Assembly (NCBI GenBank): GCA_041650855.1
Contig: JBAZKJ010000002.1
Span: forward strand, 69,076 to 133,075
Length of the DNA stretch: 64,000 bases
Source: Candidatus Margulisiibacteriota bacterium
GTDB lineage: Bacteria > Margulisbacteria > WOR-1 > O2-12-FULL-45-9 > XYB2-FULL-48-7
Direction of reading: 5' to 3'
The notes under the pieces are model-generated. The model made no database searches. It saw only the letters and a list, made by a program, of their open reading frames with translations, and had not been told where the DNA came from. Positions 9,530-18,410 of the stretch are shown one piece after another; the first letter of the stretch is position 1, and the number at the start of each line of letters is the position of its first letter. The position numbers and the translations under genes are program-made.

Positions 9530-10748
9530 TTTCGCCTACAAAGCCCGCGACCGTTACGGCGTGCTGGCCGCCGGCCGGATGGAGGCCGACGATTCCCGGA
9601 CGGTCGCCGCGCAGCTCGCCAAACAAGGGTTTACCCCGATCAGTATCGAGATCGACGAAGCGTCCAGCGCCTCCCTGCAGATGGAAAAGGTGATGGCCGT
9701 CCTGCAAAAGGTCAAGCCGGAGGATATCGTGGTCTTTACCCGGCAGCTGGCGTCGACGCTGGAAGCCGGCGTTCCCCTGATCAACAGCCTGGATGCCGTA
9801 GCGGAGCAGATCCGGAACAACCGCTTCCGCCAGGTCGTCCTGGAAGCGAAAAAAGAGATCGAAGGGGGCTCCACTTTTTCCGACGCGCTGGACAAGCACC
9901 GCGACATTTTCTCGGCGCTGGTCATCAACATGATCCGGGCGGGCGAAAAGGCCGGTATCCTGCCCCAGGTGCTGGACCGCATTTCCAACCTGCTGGAAAA
10001 GGACATCGAGACCTCCGGCAAGGTCAAAACGGCCACCCGCTACCCGCTGCTGGTCATGATCGCCCTGGTCATCGCTTTCTTTATCATGACGATCTACGTG
10101 ATCCCGAAGTTCGCCAGTTTTTTCGCCGCTTTCAAGACCGAACTGCCGCTGCCGACCCGGATACTGATGTGGACCAACGAGATCATGATGGGCTACTGGT
10201 ATTGGATGATCGGCGTCGTTTTTATCACGGCCTACGTGCTGAAAAAGTACCTGGATACCGAAAAAGGCCGCTTGAACTGGGACCGGTTCATCCTGTCCAC
10301 GCCGGTCTTCGGCTCGCTTTTTTCCAAGATCTACCTCTCCCGTTTCGGCCGCATGCTGGCCGCGATGCTTAATTCCGGCATCCCGATCCTGGAGGCCCTG
10401 ACCGTGACCGCGGCCACCGTCGAGAATAAGGTGATCTCGCACGTGATCATCGATATCCGGAACGACGTTGCCCAGGGGAAATCCCTGACCGAGCCGATGA
10501 AAGGGAGCAAGGTCTTTCCCCCGATCTCGATCTCCATGGTGGCGATCGGCGAAAAGGCCGGAACGCTGGAGAAAATGCTGGACAAAATGGCCGATTATTT
10601 CGATCGCGAGATCGACTATACGATCGAGAACCTGACGCCGCTGCTCGAACCGATCCTGATCTTCGGTCTCGGCATGATCCTCTTGGTCTTTGCCCTGGGG
10701 ATATTCCTGCCGATGTGGGACCTGGTCAAGATCTATAAATCCTATTGA
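9522..10748 (+). CDS. pilC: Type IV pilus inner-membrane platform PilC/GspF
   Basis: FTRQLASTLEAGVPL, YPLLV, ELPLPTR, GEKAGTLEKML, LLEP; TTG start overlaps pilB end. Confidence 0.92.
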   Translation: MTNFAYKARDRYGVLAAGRMEADDSRTVAAQLAKQGFTPISIEIDEASSASLQMEKVMAVLQKVKPEDIVVFTRQLASTLEAGVPLINSLDAVAEQIRNNRFRQVVLEAKKEIEGGSTFSDALDKHRDIFSALVINMIRAGEKAGILPQVLDRISNLLEKDIETSGKVKTATRYPLLVMIALVIAFFIMTIYVIPKFASFFAAFKTELPLPTRILMWTNEIMMGYWYWMIGVVFITAYVLKKYLDTEKGRLNWDRFILSTPVFGSLFSKIYLSRFGRMLAAMLNSGIPILEALTVTAATVENKVISHVIIDIRNDVAQGKSLTEPMKGSKVFPPISISMVAIGEKAGTLEKMLDKMADYFDREIDYTIENLTPLLEPILIFGLGMILLVFALGIFLPMWDLVKIYKSY

Positions 10749-10772
10749 CAATCAGTCGGGGCAGAGTATAAT
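10745..10772 (+). promoter_or_regulatory. Consensus sigma70 promoter
   Basis: TTGACA (10745-10750), 16 nt, TATAAT (10767-10772). Confidence 0.7.
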
Positions 10773-10804
10773 CGCACTTGGATGGGGACTTTGAAAGGAG
10801 CAAA

Positions 10805-11230
10805 ATGATGGAATGGTTAATTACCGCCGGCATCGTTAGTTTATTGACCGGGATCTTGCTCGTTTTCTCCAGCGATACATTGCAAAAGATCGGCGAGGTC
10901 CTCAATAAGCCGATCGCCAGCATCGACGGCGCGGTCATGGGGATCAGGCTCCCGGCCGGGATCGCTTTGGTCATTGTCGGCGGCTGGATAATTTCGGTCG
11001 CTTTCGGTTATACCTCGCTGTGGTACCTGCACCTGATCGGCGCCCTGATCCTCTTTTTCGGCCTGTTGTACCTTTTCCTGCCGCAATGGCTGGGGATCGT
11101 CTCCCGGGTCGCCGACCAGCTGCTCCTGTCGACCGATGAGCTGGTGCTGGGCACGCGCAAGAGCTTTGGGGTGGTGCTGATCGTCGTAGCGATCTACATC
11201 TTTTATTCGGCCTATCTGTCGGTCAGATAA
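10805..11230 (+). CDS. Uncharacterised 4-TM membrane protein with internal duplication (paralog A)
   Basis: AAGGAG SD before ATG 10805; two similar halves (TM - amphipathic - S.D..V.G.R - TM). Confidence 0.75.
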   Translation: MMEWLITAGIVSLLTGILLVFSSDTLQKIGEVLNKPIASIDGAVMGIRLPAGIALVIVGGWIISVAFGYTSLWYLHLIGALILFFGLLYLFLPQWLGIVSRVADQLLLSTDELVLGTRKSFGVVLIVVAIYIFYSAYLSVR

Positions 11231-11247
11231 GCTAGGGGAGGCAAAAG

Positions 11248-11667
11248 ATGGAATATTTATGGGTCTGTGGTCTTACCAGTCTGGTCTTCGGTCTGTTGCT
11301 GCTGCTCAATCCGTCGGTCCTCGGAACGCTCGGCTCGGTCCTCAATAAAGTCCTCTTTACGGTCAACGGCTGGACCTTCAATTACCGGGTCTGGATCGGC
11401 CTTGGCTTACTGGCGATCGGCGCCTGGATGATGTATGTCGGGCTCAGCTATCCCGACCCGTACATCACCGCCGCCTGGGTGGTTACGATCACTTTCGGCC
11501 TGCTTTTTCTGGTCCTGCCGAACTGGCTTAAGTGGCTGTCGAGCGTGTCGAACATCATGCTTTTATCCACGGACGAGCTGGTCATGGGGGCGCGCCGGCT
11601 CATCGGCGTGCTGATGCTGATCATCAGCCTGTACATATTCTACGGCATTTTCTACGCGATCAAATAA
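11248..11667 (+). CDS. Uncharacterised 4-TM membrane protein with internal duplication (paralog B)
   Basis: GGAGG SD; shares FGLL.L.LP.WL..(L/V)S.V....LLSTDELV.G.R with paralog A. Confidence 0.78.
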   Translation: MEYLWVCGLTSLVFGLLLLLNPSVLGTLGSVLNKVLFTVNGWTFNYRVWIGLGLLAIGAWMMYVGLSYPDPYITAAWVVTITFGLLFLVLPNWLKWLSSVSNIMLLSTDELVMGARRLIGVLMLIISLYIFYGIFYAIK

Positions 11668-11692
11668 AGTAAAAAAGGAGGTGAGATTTTAG

Positions 11693-12070
11693 ATGAAACG
11701 CGGTTTTACTCTTATCGAATTGGTTATGGTTATCGTGATCCTGGGTATCTTGGCGGCGACCGCTCTTCCGAGGTTCATTGACCTCTCCGCTAAAGCCAAG
11801 GAAAACGCGGCTAAAGGTTCGCTGGGCGCCATCCGGGCGGCTGTGGCGATCACTTACGCCAGCAACGCGGCCTACGGCAATGCCAGCGCTCCGGCTGCTT
11901 TGTCGGCAGGGATGTTCCATGACGGTGCTGTTCCGACCGAACCGTATTCCGGCTCCAGCGCTGTCACCAGCGTGACCAGTGTGGAAGGGATCGGTGCCGG
12001 CTCCGGTTGGGCGTATGATTCCGTCAATGGTCGTGTCTGGATCAACAACTCGGCCTATACTGACTACTAA
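11693..12070 (+). CDS. Type IVa major pilin
   Basis: Class III signal MKRG/FTLIELVMVIVILGILAA with Glu5; strong AGGAGGTGA SD; T-ending codons suggest high expression; own terminator. Confidence 0.9.
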   Translation: MKRGFTLIELVMVIVILGILAATALPRFIDLSAKAKENAAKGSLGAIRAAVAITYASNAAYGNASAPAALSAGMFHDGAVPTEPYSGSSAVTSVTSVEGIGAGSGWAYDSVNGRVWINNSAYTDY

Positions 12071-12093
12071 TTATTAGTGGATCTGTTTTAGAC

Positions 12094-12127
12094 AAAGGCC
12101 CCGGCGCAAGCCGGGGCCTTTTCTTTT
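12094..12127 (+). terminator. Intrinsic terminator after pilin
   Basis: AAAGGCCCCGGC-GCAA-GCCGGGGCCTTT hairpin followed by TCTTTT. Confidence 0.88.
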
Positions 12128-12144
12128 GGCCGCCAGGGGACAAT

Positions 12145-12173
12145 TTGAAAGGGGCCCGGATTTAAGTTATACT
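12145..12173 (+). promoter_or_regulatory. Sigma70 promoter of recJ (near-leaderless)
   Basis: TTGAAA-17 nt-TATACT; ATG 8 nt downstream; no SD. Confidence 0.6.
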
Positions 12174-12181
12174 GCCACTTC

Positions 12182-13852
12182 ATGAAAAAATGGCTGATCA
12201 ATCTGCCCGCCGATCCCGGCGCCCCCTTGCTGGACAGGATCCTAGCCAGCCGCGGGATCATTACTCCGGACGATCGGGAAAAATTCCTTAATCCCAAGCT
12301 TGCCCAGCTGCGCGACCCGCTGGAGATCCCCAATATTCAGGCGGCCGCCCACAGGATAATGCAGGCCAAAGAGCGCGGCGAAAAAACGGTCGTTTACGGC
12401 GATTATGACGTGGATGGCGTGACCGGCACGGCGATCCTGATCTCGACCCTGAAGCACCTCGGGCTCAGCGTTACATATTATATACCCCACCGCTACGGTG
12501 AGGGCTACAGCCTATCCCCGGAATCGGTCAAAAAATTAGCGGCCGAAGGGGTAAAATTGATCGTGACCGTTGATTGCGGCATTGCCAGCGCCGCAGAGAT
12601 CGCGCTGGCGGCCGAACTGGGGATGACGGTCGTGGTGACCGATCACCATAACCTGCCGGAACGGCTGCCGCCGGCCGCCGCCATCGTCAACCCGAAAATG
12701 ATCGTCGGCGACCATCCGTCGAAATATCTCTCCGGGGCTGGCGTCGCCTTCAAGGTCGCCTGGGTCCTGCTCCGCTTAGCCGGCGAAAAGGACAGCGTTT
12801 TTCTGACCTCGCTCCTGGACCTGGCGGCGCTGGGGACGTTCTCCGACGTCGTGCCGCTGACCGCGGAGAACCGGATCCTGGCGGTCGGCGGCCTGCGGCT
12901 GATCAACGAGCGCAAACGGCTCGGCCTTAAGCTGCTGGCTGAGGCGGCCTCCCTGAAAGGGACGATCGACGCCGACCGCGTCTACTTCGCGCTAGCCCCC
13001 CGGCTGAACGCCGCCGGCCGGCTCGAACACGCGTCCAAGGCGGTCGAGCTCCTGCTGACGGATGACCCGAGCAAAGGGAAGGAGATGGCGCAGGAACTGA
13101 ACCGGATCAACTCGCGGCGCCAGGACATCGGCGCGGCGATCAAGGACGAGGTCTTCGCCCAGCTAAGCGACGATTACCTGGCCGCGCACCGGTTAATCGT
13201 TCTGGCCGGCGAGAACTGGCACCCGGGAGTGATCGGGATCGTCGCTTCGCAGATCGTCGATCGCTACGGTAAGCCGGCCATTTTGATCGGGATCAACGAA
13301 GGGGTGGGGCGCGGCTCCGCCCGCTCGGTCGCCGGCTTTAATATTTACGCGATCCTCGATTCGTGCCGCGACTTGTTCCTTGATTTCGGCGGGCACGAAG
13401 GGGCGGCCGGGTTTGAGATCGAGCCGGCGCGGGTCCCGGAGCTGCAGCAGCGGCTTGGCGAGCAGCTGGCCAAGAACATCGATCCGGAGAGCATGGTCCC
13501 CAAGCTGGAGCTGGACGCGCAGATCGACCCGCAGGAGATCTCGCTGGCGCTGATCCGGGAACTGGCGAAGCTGGCGCCGTTCGGCGAGGGGAACCCGTCG
13601 CCGCTTTTCATGATCGGCGGCCTAGCGCTGGCGGAGCTCAAAACGGTGGGCAAAGAAGGGAAGCATCTCAAGGCGTGGTTCGGCAGTAACGGTATCCGGC
13701 TGGAGACGATCGGCTTCGGTTTTGGCGCGCTGGCCGATAAATTGGACTATAATAAAGAGTATGACCTGGCCGTTAACCTGGAAGCCAATGAATACAACGG
13801 CTTTGAATCGGTCCAGCTGTCGTTAGTCGACATCAGGGAGGCAGCGAAATGA
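12182..13852 (+). CDS. recJ: ssDNA exonuclease RecJ
   Basis: GDYDVDG, YIPHRYGEGY, TVDCG, TDHH, DVVPL, PRLNAAGRL, GSARS, GGHEGAAG. Confidence 0.96.
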   Translation: MKKWLINLPADPGAPLLDRILASRGIITPDDREKFLNPKLAQLRDPLEIPNIQAAAHRIMQAKERGEKTVVYGDYDVDGVTGTAILISTLKHLGLSVTYYIPHRYGEGYSLSPESVKKLAAEGVKLIVTVDCGIASAAEIALAAELGMTVVVTDHHNLPERLPPAAAIVNPKMIVGDHPSKYLSGAGVAFKVAWVLLRLAGEKDSVFLTSLLDLAALGTFSDVVPLTAENRILAVGGLRLINERKRLGLKLLAEAASLKGTIDADRVYFALAPRLNAAGRLEHASKAVELLLTDDPSKGKEMAQELNRINSRRQDIGAAIKDEVFAQLSDDYLAAHRLIVLAGENWHPGVIGIVASQIVDRYGKPAILIGINEGVGRGSARSVAGFNIYAILDSCRDLFLDFGGHEGAAGFEIEPARVPELQQRLGEQLAKNIDPESMVPKLELDAQIDPQEISLALIRELAKLAPFGEGNPSPLFMIGGLALAELKTVGKEGKHLKAWFGSNGIRLETIGFGFGALADKLDYNKEYDLAVNLEANEYNGFESVQLSLVDIREAAK

Positions 13853-15135
13853 AAGTTTTAGTCGTCGGGTCGGGGGGGCGCGAGCACGCCCTGGTCTGGA
13901 AGATCGCGCAAAGCCCGAAAGTGGACAAGCTCTTTTGCGCGCCGGGGAACGCCGGGACAGCCGGCCTGGCGGAAAATGTTCCGCTCAAGGCGGAAGATCT
14001 CCCGGGTTTATTAAAGTTCGCCCGCGAGAACAAGGTTGACCTGACGGTCATCGGTCCGGAAGTACCGCTGTGCGCCGGGATCGTTAATTTATTCGAACAG
14101 AACGGCCTGCGGGCTTTCGGCCCGCGGCAAGAGGCGGCCCGGATCGAAGGGAGCAAGGTTTTTTCCAAGGAATTCATGATCAAATACGAGATCCCGACCG
14201 CGCAGGCGGGGATCTTTAGCGACCCCGGCAAGGCCAAAGCGTATATCGAAGAGGTCGGCGCCCCGATCGTCGTCAAGGCCGACGGTCTGGCGGCCGGCAA
14301 GGGAGTGGTAGTCTGCCAGACGAAGCAAGAGGCGCTGGAGGCCGTTGACCTGATCATGGGGGCCAGGGAATTCGGCAGCGCCGGCGACAAGGTCATTATC
14401 GAAGAATGCCTGGCCGGCGAAGAAGCGTCGATCATCGCTTTTACCGACGGCAAGTCCGTTATCCCGCTCGCTTCGTCGCAGGATCACAAACGGGTCTTCG
14501 ACGGCGACCAGGGGCCGAACACCGGCGGCATGGGGGCTTACTCGCCGGCGCCGATCGTGACCGACCGCTTAATGGAACAGATCAACCTGGACGTCCTCAA
14601 GCCGTTCGTCGCCGGGATGCGGCAGGAAGGGATCAAATACCAGGGGGTCATTTACGCCGGGATCATGGTGACGAAAAAAGGTCCGCTGGTGCTGGAGTTC
14701 AACGCCCGGTTCGGCGACCCGGAGACCCAGCCGATCATGATGCGGATGAAAAGCGACATTATCCCGATCCTGGAAGCGATCATCGACGAAAAGCTCGACG
14801 ACCGCTTGATCGAATGGGACGAGCGGGCGGCGGTTTGCGTCGTTCTGGCGGCAGGCGGGTACCCGGGCAAGTACGAAAAAGGGATCCCGCTCAAGGGGTT
14901 GGACCGGATCGATCAGCTGGACAACGTGATGGTGTTCCACGCCGGGACGTCGACAGTCGCGGGTCACGAGTCGCGGGTTGTTACTGCCGGAGGCCGCGTG
15001 TTGGGTGTCACGGCGCTCGGCGGCTCGATCAAGTTCGCGATCGATAAAGCTTATCAGGCCGTCAATTTAATAAAGTTCAAGGGGATGCATTACCGCAAGG
15101 ATATCGGCAAGAAAGCGCTGAAGTATGAGCGTTAA
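13849..15135 (+). CDS. purD: Phosphoribosylamine--glycine ligase
   Basis: GSGGREHAL, IEGSKVFSK, KADGLAAGKGV, DHKRVFDGDQGPNTGGMG, EFNARFGDPE. Confidence 0.97.
   Translation: MKVLVVGSGGREHALVWKIAQSPKVDKLFCAPGNAGTAGLAENVPLKAEDLPGLLKFARENKVDLTVIGPEVPLCAGIVNLFEQNGLRAFGPRQEAARIEGSKVFSKEFMIKYEIPTAQAGIFSDPGKAKAYIEEVGAPIVVKADGLAAGKGVVVCQTKQEALEAVDLIMGAREFGSAGDKVIIEECLAGEEASIIAFTDGKSVIPLASSQDHKRVFDGDQGPNTGGMGAYSPAPIVTDRLMEQINLDVLKPFVAGMRQEGIKYQGVIYAGIMVTKKGPLVLEFNARFGDPETQPIMMRMKSDIIPILEAIIDEKLDDRLIEWDERAAVCVVLAAGGYPGKYEKGIPLKGLDRIDQLDNVMVFHAGTSTVAGHESRVVTAGGRVLGVTALGGSIKFAIDKAYQAVNLIKFKGMHYRKDIGKKALKYER
14955..14980. repeat. Period-7 tandem patch in purD
   Basis: AGTCGCG GGTCACG AGTCGCG GGTTG; encodes VAGHESRV. 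Confidence 0.7.
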
Positions 15136-15688
15136 ACTGCTCGTGGCGACGACGAACAAGCATAAGCTCCGCGAGATCAAGCGCGTCCTCAAGGGATACA
15201 GCGTCACGGGTCGCGGGTCGCGGGTCAGGGAGAACGGTCAGACTTTTGAAGCCAACGCGATCAAGAAGGTCAAGGCGCTAAAGTTAAAGGACAATGAGAT
15301 CGGGCTCGCGGATGATTCGGGATTAATGGTCAACAGCTTAAAGGGAAAACCAGGCGTAAAGTCGGCCCGTTTTGCTTCTCCTCCCACACCGGAAAACCTT
15401 TGCCGCAAGCTCTTGCGGGTAATGCGGAATGCGGCAGTCGGAATGCGGGGGGCGAAGTTCGTTTGCGTCATTGCTGTTGCCTGGCCGTCGGGCAAGGTTA
15501 GGACGGTCAAGGGCGTGGTCAACGGGCGGATCGTCCGCGAAATGCGGGGGACGCAAGGCTTTGGCTACGACCCGGTCTTCCGGCCGTGCGGTTACCAAAA
15601 AACTTTTGCGCAGATGTCCGCAGCGGGCAAGAACAGGATCAGCCACCGGGGCCGGGCGCTGCAAAAGCTGAAGGCGATCATTAAGTAA
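15125..15688 (+). CDS. rdgB: Non-canonical purine NTP pyrophosphatase (RdgB/HAM1)
   Basis: ATTNKHKLREI, TFEANA..K, ADDSGL, PGVKSARF, GFGYDPVF, KNRISHRGRAL. Confidence 0.95.
   Translation: MSVKLLVATTNKHKLREIKRVLKGYSVTGRGSRVRENGQTFEANAIKKVKALKLKDNEIGLADDSGLMVNSLKGKPGVKSARFASPPTPENLCRKLLRVMRNAAVGMRGAKFVCVIAVAWPSGKVRTVKGVVNGRIVREMRGTQGFGYDPVFRPCGYQKTFAQMSAAGKNRISHRGRALQKLKAIIK
15202..15229. repeat. Period-7 tandem patch in rdgB (family GGTCGCG)
   Basis: CGTCACG GGTCGCG GGTCGCG GGTCAGG; encodes VTGRGSRV. Confidence 0.8.
15421..15448. repeat. Period-7 tandem patch in rdgB (family AATGCGG)
   Basis: AATGCGG AATGCGG CAGTCGG AATGCGG; encodes MRNAAVGMR. Confidence 0.8.
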
Positions 15689-15692
15689 GATT

Positions 15693-15767
15693 TGCGCCCG
15701 GCAGGAGTCGAACCTGCTACCTATTGCTTCGAAGGCAATCGCTCTAATCCAGATGAGCTACGGGCGC
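15693..15767 (-). tRNA. tRNA-Arg (anticodon TCG)
   Basis: Reverse complement GCGCCCG..ATTGC-CT-TCG-AA-GCAAT..GGTTCGACTCC..CGGGCGC-A forms a cloverleaf; CCA not encoded. Confidence 0.93.
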
Positions 15768-15805
15768 GTTTGATATTATTATACTCTATGTGTTAGAATA
15801 AAATC

Positions 15806-17266
15806 ATGAAAAAACATGTTAAGTTCGGCGGCAAGATCCTGATCATCGGCTGCGGGTCGGTGTCGCAGTGCGCGATCCCAATAGTGTTACAGCAGATCGA
15901 TGTCCCGGCCAGGAACGTCACGATCATGGATTTCGTCGACAACCGCAAGCGGGTCGCCAGTTCGCTGAAAAAAGGGGTCAAGTACGTTAACGACCGGGTC
16001 ACCGAGAAGAACTACCAGAAACTGCTGGCCAAATACGTCGGCCCGGGCGACCTGATCATCGACCTGGCCTGGAACATCGACTGCCGCGCCATCACCACCT
16101 GGTGCCGCGAGAACCAGGTCCTGTATACCAACACTTCGGTCGAGGAGTGGGACCCCTATAAGGACGAACAGCGGAACGACCCGACCAAATATACCCTCTA
16201 CGCCCGCCACATGGAGATCCGCGACATGATCAAGAACGTCTGGAAAGACAACAACGGGACGACCGCGGTCGTCGACCACGGCGCCAATCCGGGGCTTGTT
16301 TCCCACTTCACCAAGCATGCCCTGATCGGCATCGCGAGCAAGATCATCGACGAGAAGCCGAAAGATAAAAGGGTGCCGGAGTTAAAGGACCAGCTGGCAG
16401 CCAAGAATTTTGCCAAACTGGCGCAGTTGACCGGGACCAAGGTCATTCATATCTCCGAGCGCGATACTCAGATCACCGACGAGCCGAAAAAGGTCAATGA
16501 GTTCGTCAATACCTGGTCGATCGAAGGTTTTTACGAAGAGGGTGTCGCCCCGGCGGAACTCGGGTGGGGGACGCACGAGAAATATGTGCCGGAAGGGGCG
16601 TTCTTCCACGAGACCGGCCCGCGCAACCAGATCTGCCTCCGTTCGCTCGGCATGCGGACCTGGGTCCGCTCCTGGGTGCCGCAGGGCGAGATCACCGGCA
16701 TGGTCATCCGCCACGGCGAAGCGTTCAGCATTTCCGATCGGCTGACGGTCTGGGAGAACGGCAAAGCCGTTTACCGGCCGACCGTCCACTATGCTTACTG
16801 CCCGTCGGATGTCGCCATCAATTCGCTGCGCGAACTGGAGATGCGCCAGTACCAGATGCAGCCGAAAATGCGGATCATGGCCGACGAGATCATCGACGGT
16901 GAAGACCAGCTCGGCGTCCTGCTGATGGGCCACGACTTTAAGTCGTGGTGGTGCGGCAGCCTGCTCGATATCCACACCTCGCGCAAACTGGTCCCGCACC
17001 AGCAGGCGACGACGATGCAGGTAGCTTGCTCGGTCGTGGCCGCCGCGATCTGGATGATCAAGAACCCGCGGCGCGGTTTCCTGCTGCCGGACGATCTCGA
17101 TCACGAAGAGATCCTCAAAGTTGCCATGCCGTATATCAAACCATTTGTTTCCAAGGCGGTCGACTGGACGCCGCTCAAGAACCTGAACACCAAGTTCACC
17201 AAGTTCGACATGGCGCTCCCCAAGGAAGAGGACGTCTGGCAGTTCGGTTCTTTCCTGGTAAAGTGA
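15806..17266 (+). CDS. hss: Homospermidine synthase
   Basis: IIGCGSV Rossmann motif, YTNTSVEEW, HGANPGLVSHF, HISERDTQ, FVNTWSIEG, RPTVHYAYCP, ATTMQVA. Confidence 0.92.
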   Translation: MKKHVKFGGKILIIGCGSVSQCAIPIVLQQIDVPARNVTIMDFVDNRKRVASSLKKGVKYVNDRVTEKNYQKLLAKYVGPGDLIIDLAWNIDCRAITTWCRENQVLYTNTSVEEWDPYKDEQRNDPTKYTLYARHMEIRDMIKNVWKDNNGTTAVVDHGANPGLVSHFTKHALIGIASKIIDEKPKDKRVPELKDQLAAKNFAKLAQLTGTKVIHISERDTQITDEPKKVNEFVNTWSIEGFYEEGVAPAELGWGTHEKYVPEGAFFHETGPRNQICLRSLGMRTWVRSWVPQGEITGMVIRHGEAFSISDRLTVWENGKAVYRPTVHYAYCPSDVAINSLRELEMRQYQMQPKMRIMADEIIDGEDQLGVLLMGHDFKSWWCGSLLDIHTSRKLVPHQQATTMQVACSVVAAAIWMIKNPRRGFLLPDDLDHEEILKVAMPYIKPFVSKAVDWTPLKNLNTKFTKFDMALPKEEDVWQFGSFLVK

Positions 17267-17267
17267 T

Positions 17268-18410
17268 TTGTTGACGTTAGCCAAACTGAAGAAGCTGGCC
17301 GGGAAAGAGGGGACGCCGCTCTTGATCATCGACCACGACGTGATCAGGGCGAATTACGAGCGCCTGCGCAAGCACCTGCCGCGCGTCGGCCTTTATTTCG
17401 CGATCAAAGCGAACCCCGAGCCGCAGATCATCCAGACCCTTTATCCGCTCAACAGCGGCTTTGACGTCGCCTCGCTGCAGGAGTACGAAGCGGTCCTGGC
17501 CAACGTACCGGCCAAGGCGCTGCGCGGCCACAAACGGAACGCTTTTATCTGGGACAAGATCATCGTCGCCAACACGATCAAGCCGATCGCCACGCTCCGG
17601 CAGATCACCGGCTATAACACGCTGATGACGTTCGATAACCCGGACGAGTTGACCAAGATCAAGGAGCATTGCCCCGATGCCGGCCTGGTCTGCCGCCTTA
17701 GGGTCCAGAACGTCGGCTCGGTCGTGGAACTGTCGAGCAAGTTCGGCGTGGAGCCGGGGGACGCGGCGAACCTGATCGAAAAAGCGTTCAACCTGGGCCT
17801 GACCGTCGAGGGCTTAAGCTTCCACGTCGGCAGCCAGTGCTGCAACATCGATAATTATCTCAACGCCCTGGAAGCGTCCGCCCAGATCTTTAAGGAGGTC
17901 GGCAAGCGCGGCTTTAAGATGCGCCTCTTGAACATCGGCGGCGGTTTTCCCGTTCCCTACGACGGCAACGTGCCCGACTTTGCGGGGCTGGCCAAGAAAC
18001 TGCGCCGGGAGATCGACCGGCTCTTCCCGAAAAAGATCGAGGTGGTGGCCGAGCCGGGGCGTTTCCTGGTCGCCACCGCGGCGACGCTGGTCGTGGAAGT
18101 GGTCGGCAAGTCGTTCCGCGACGATAAATGGGTCTACTACGTCAACGACGGCGTTTACGGCACGCTGTCCGGCGTGATCTTTGACCATATCCAGTACCAC
18201 TTTACCGCCTTCAAGCGGGGAGAGCAGAAGTTGAGCGCGGTCGTCGGCCCGACCTGCGACGCGCTGGACACCGTTTCGACCGCCGAGATGCTGCCGGAAC
18301 TGAACATCGGCGACCTGCTTTACGTCAAGAACTGCGGCGCCTACACCAACGGGTCGGCTACCACGTTCAACGGTTTCCCCAAGGCGAAGATCCTCAATAT
18401 CAATGCCTAA
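17268..18410 (+). CDS. Ornithine/lysine decarboxylase, alanine-racemase fold (type III PLP)
   Basis: FAIKANP (PLP Lys), FDVAS, SKFG, SFHVGSQ, NIGGGF, EPGRF, GPTCDALD, GAYT. Confidence 0.9.
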   Translation: MLTLAKLKKLAGKEGTPLLIIDHDVIRANYERLRKHLPRVGLYFAIKANPEPQIIQTLYPLNSGFDVASLQEYEAVLANVPAKALRGHKRNAFIWDKIIVANTIKPIATLRQITGYNTLMTFDNPDELTKIKEHCPDAGLVCRLRVQNVGSVVELSSKFGVEPGDAANLIEKAFNLGLTVEGLSFHVGSQCCNIDNYLNALEASAQIFKEVGKRGFKMRLLNIGGGFPVPYDGNVPDFAGLAKKLRREIDRLFPKKIEVVAEPGRFLVATAATLVVEVVGKSFRDDKWVYYVNDGVYGTLSGVIFDHIQYHFTAFKRGEQKLSAVVGPTCDALDTVSTAEMLPELNIGDLLYVKNCGAYTNGSATTFNGFPKAKILNINA

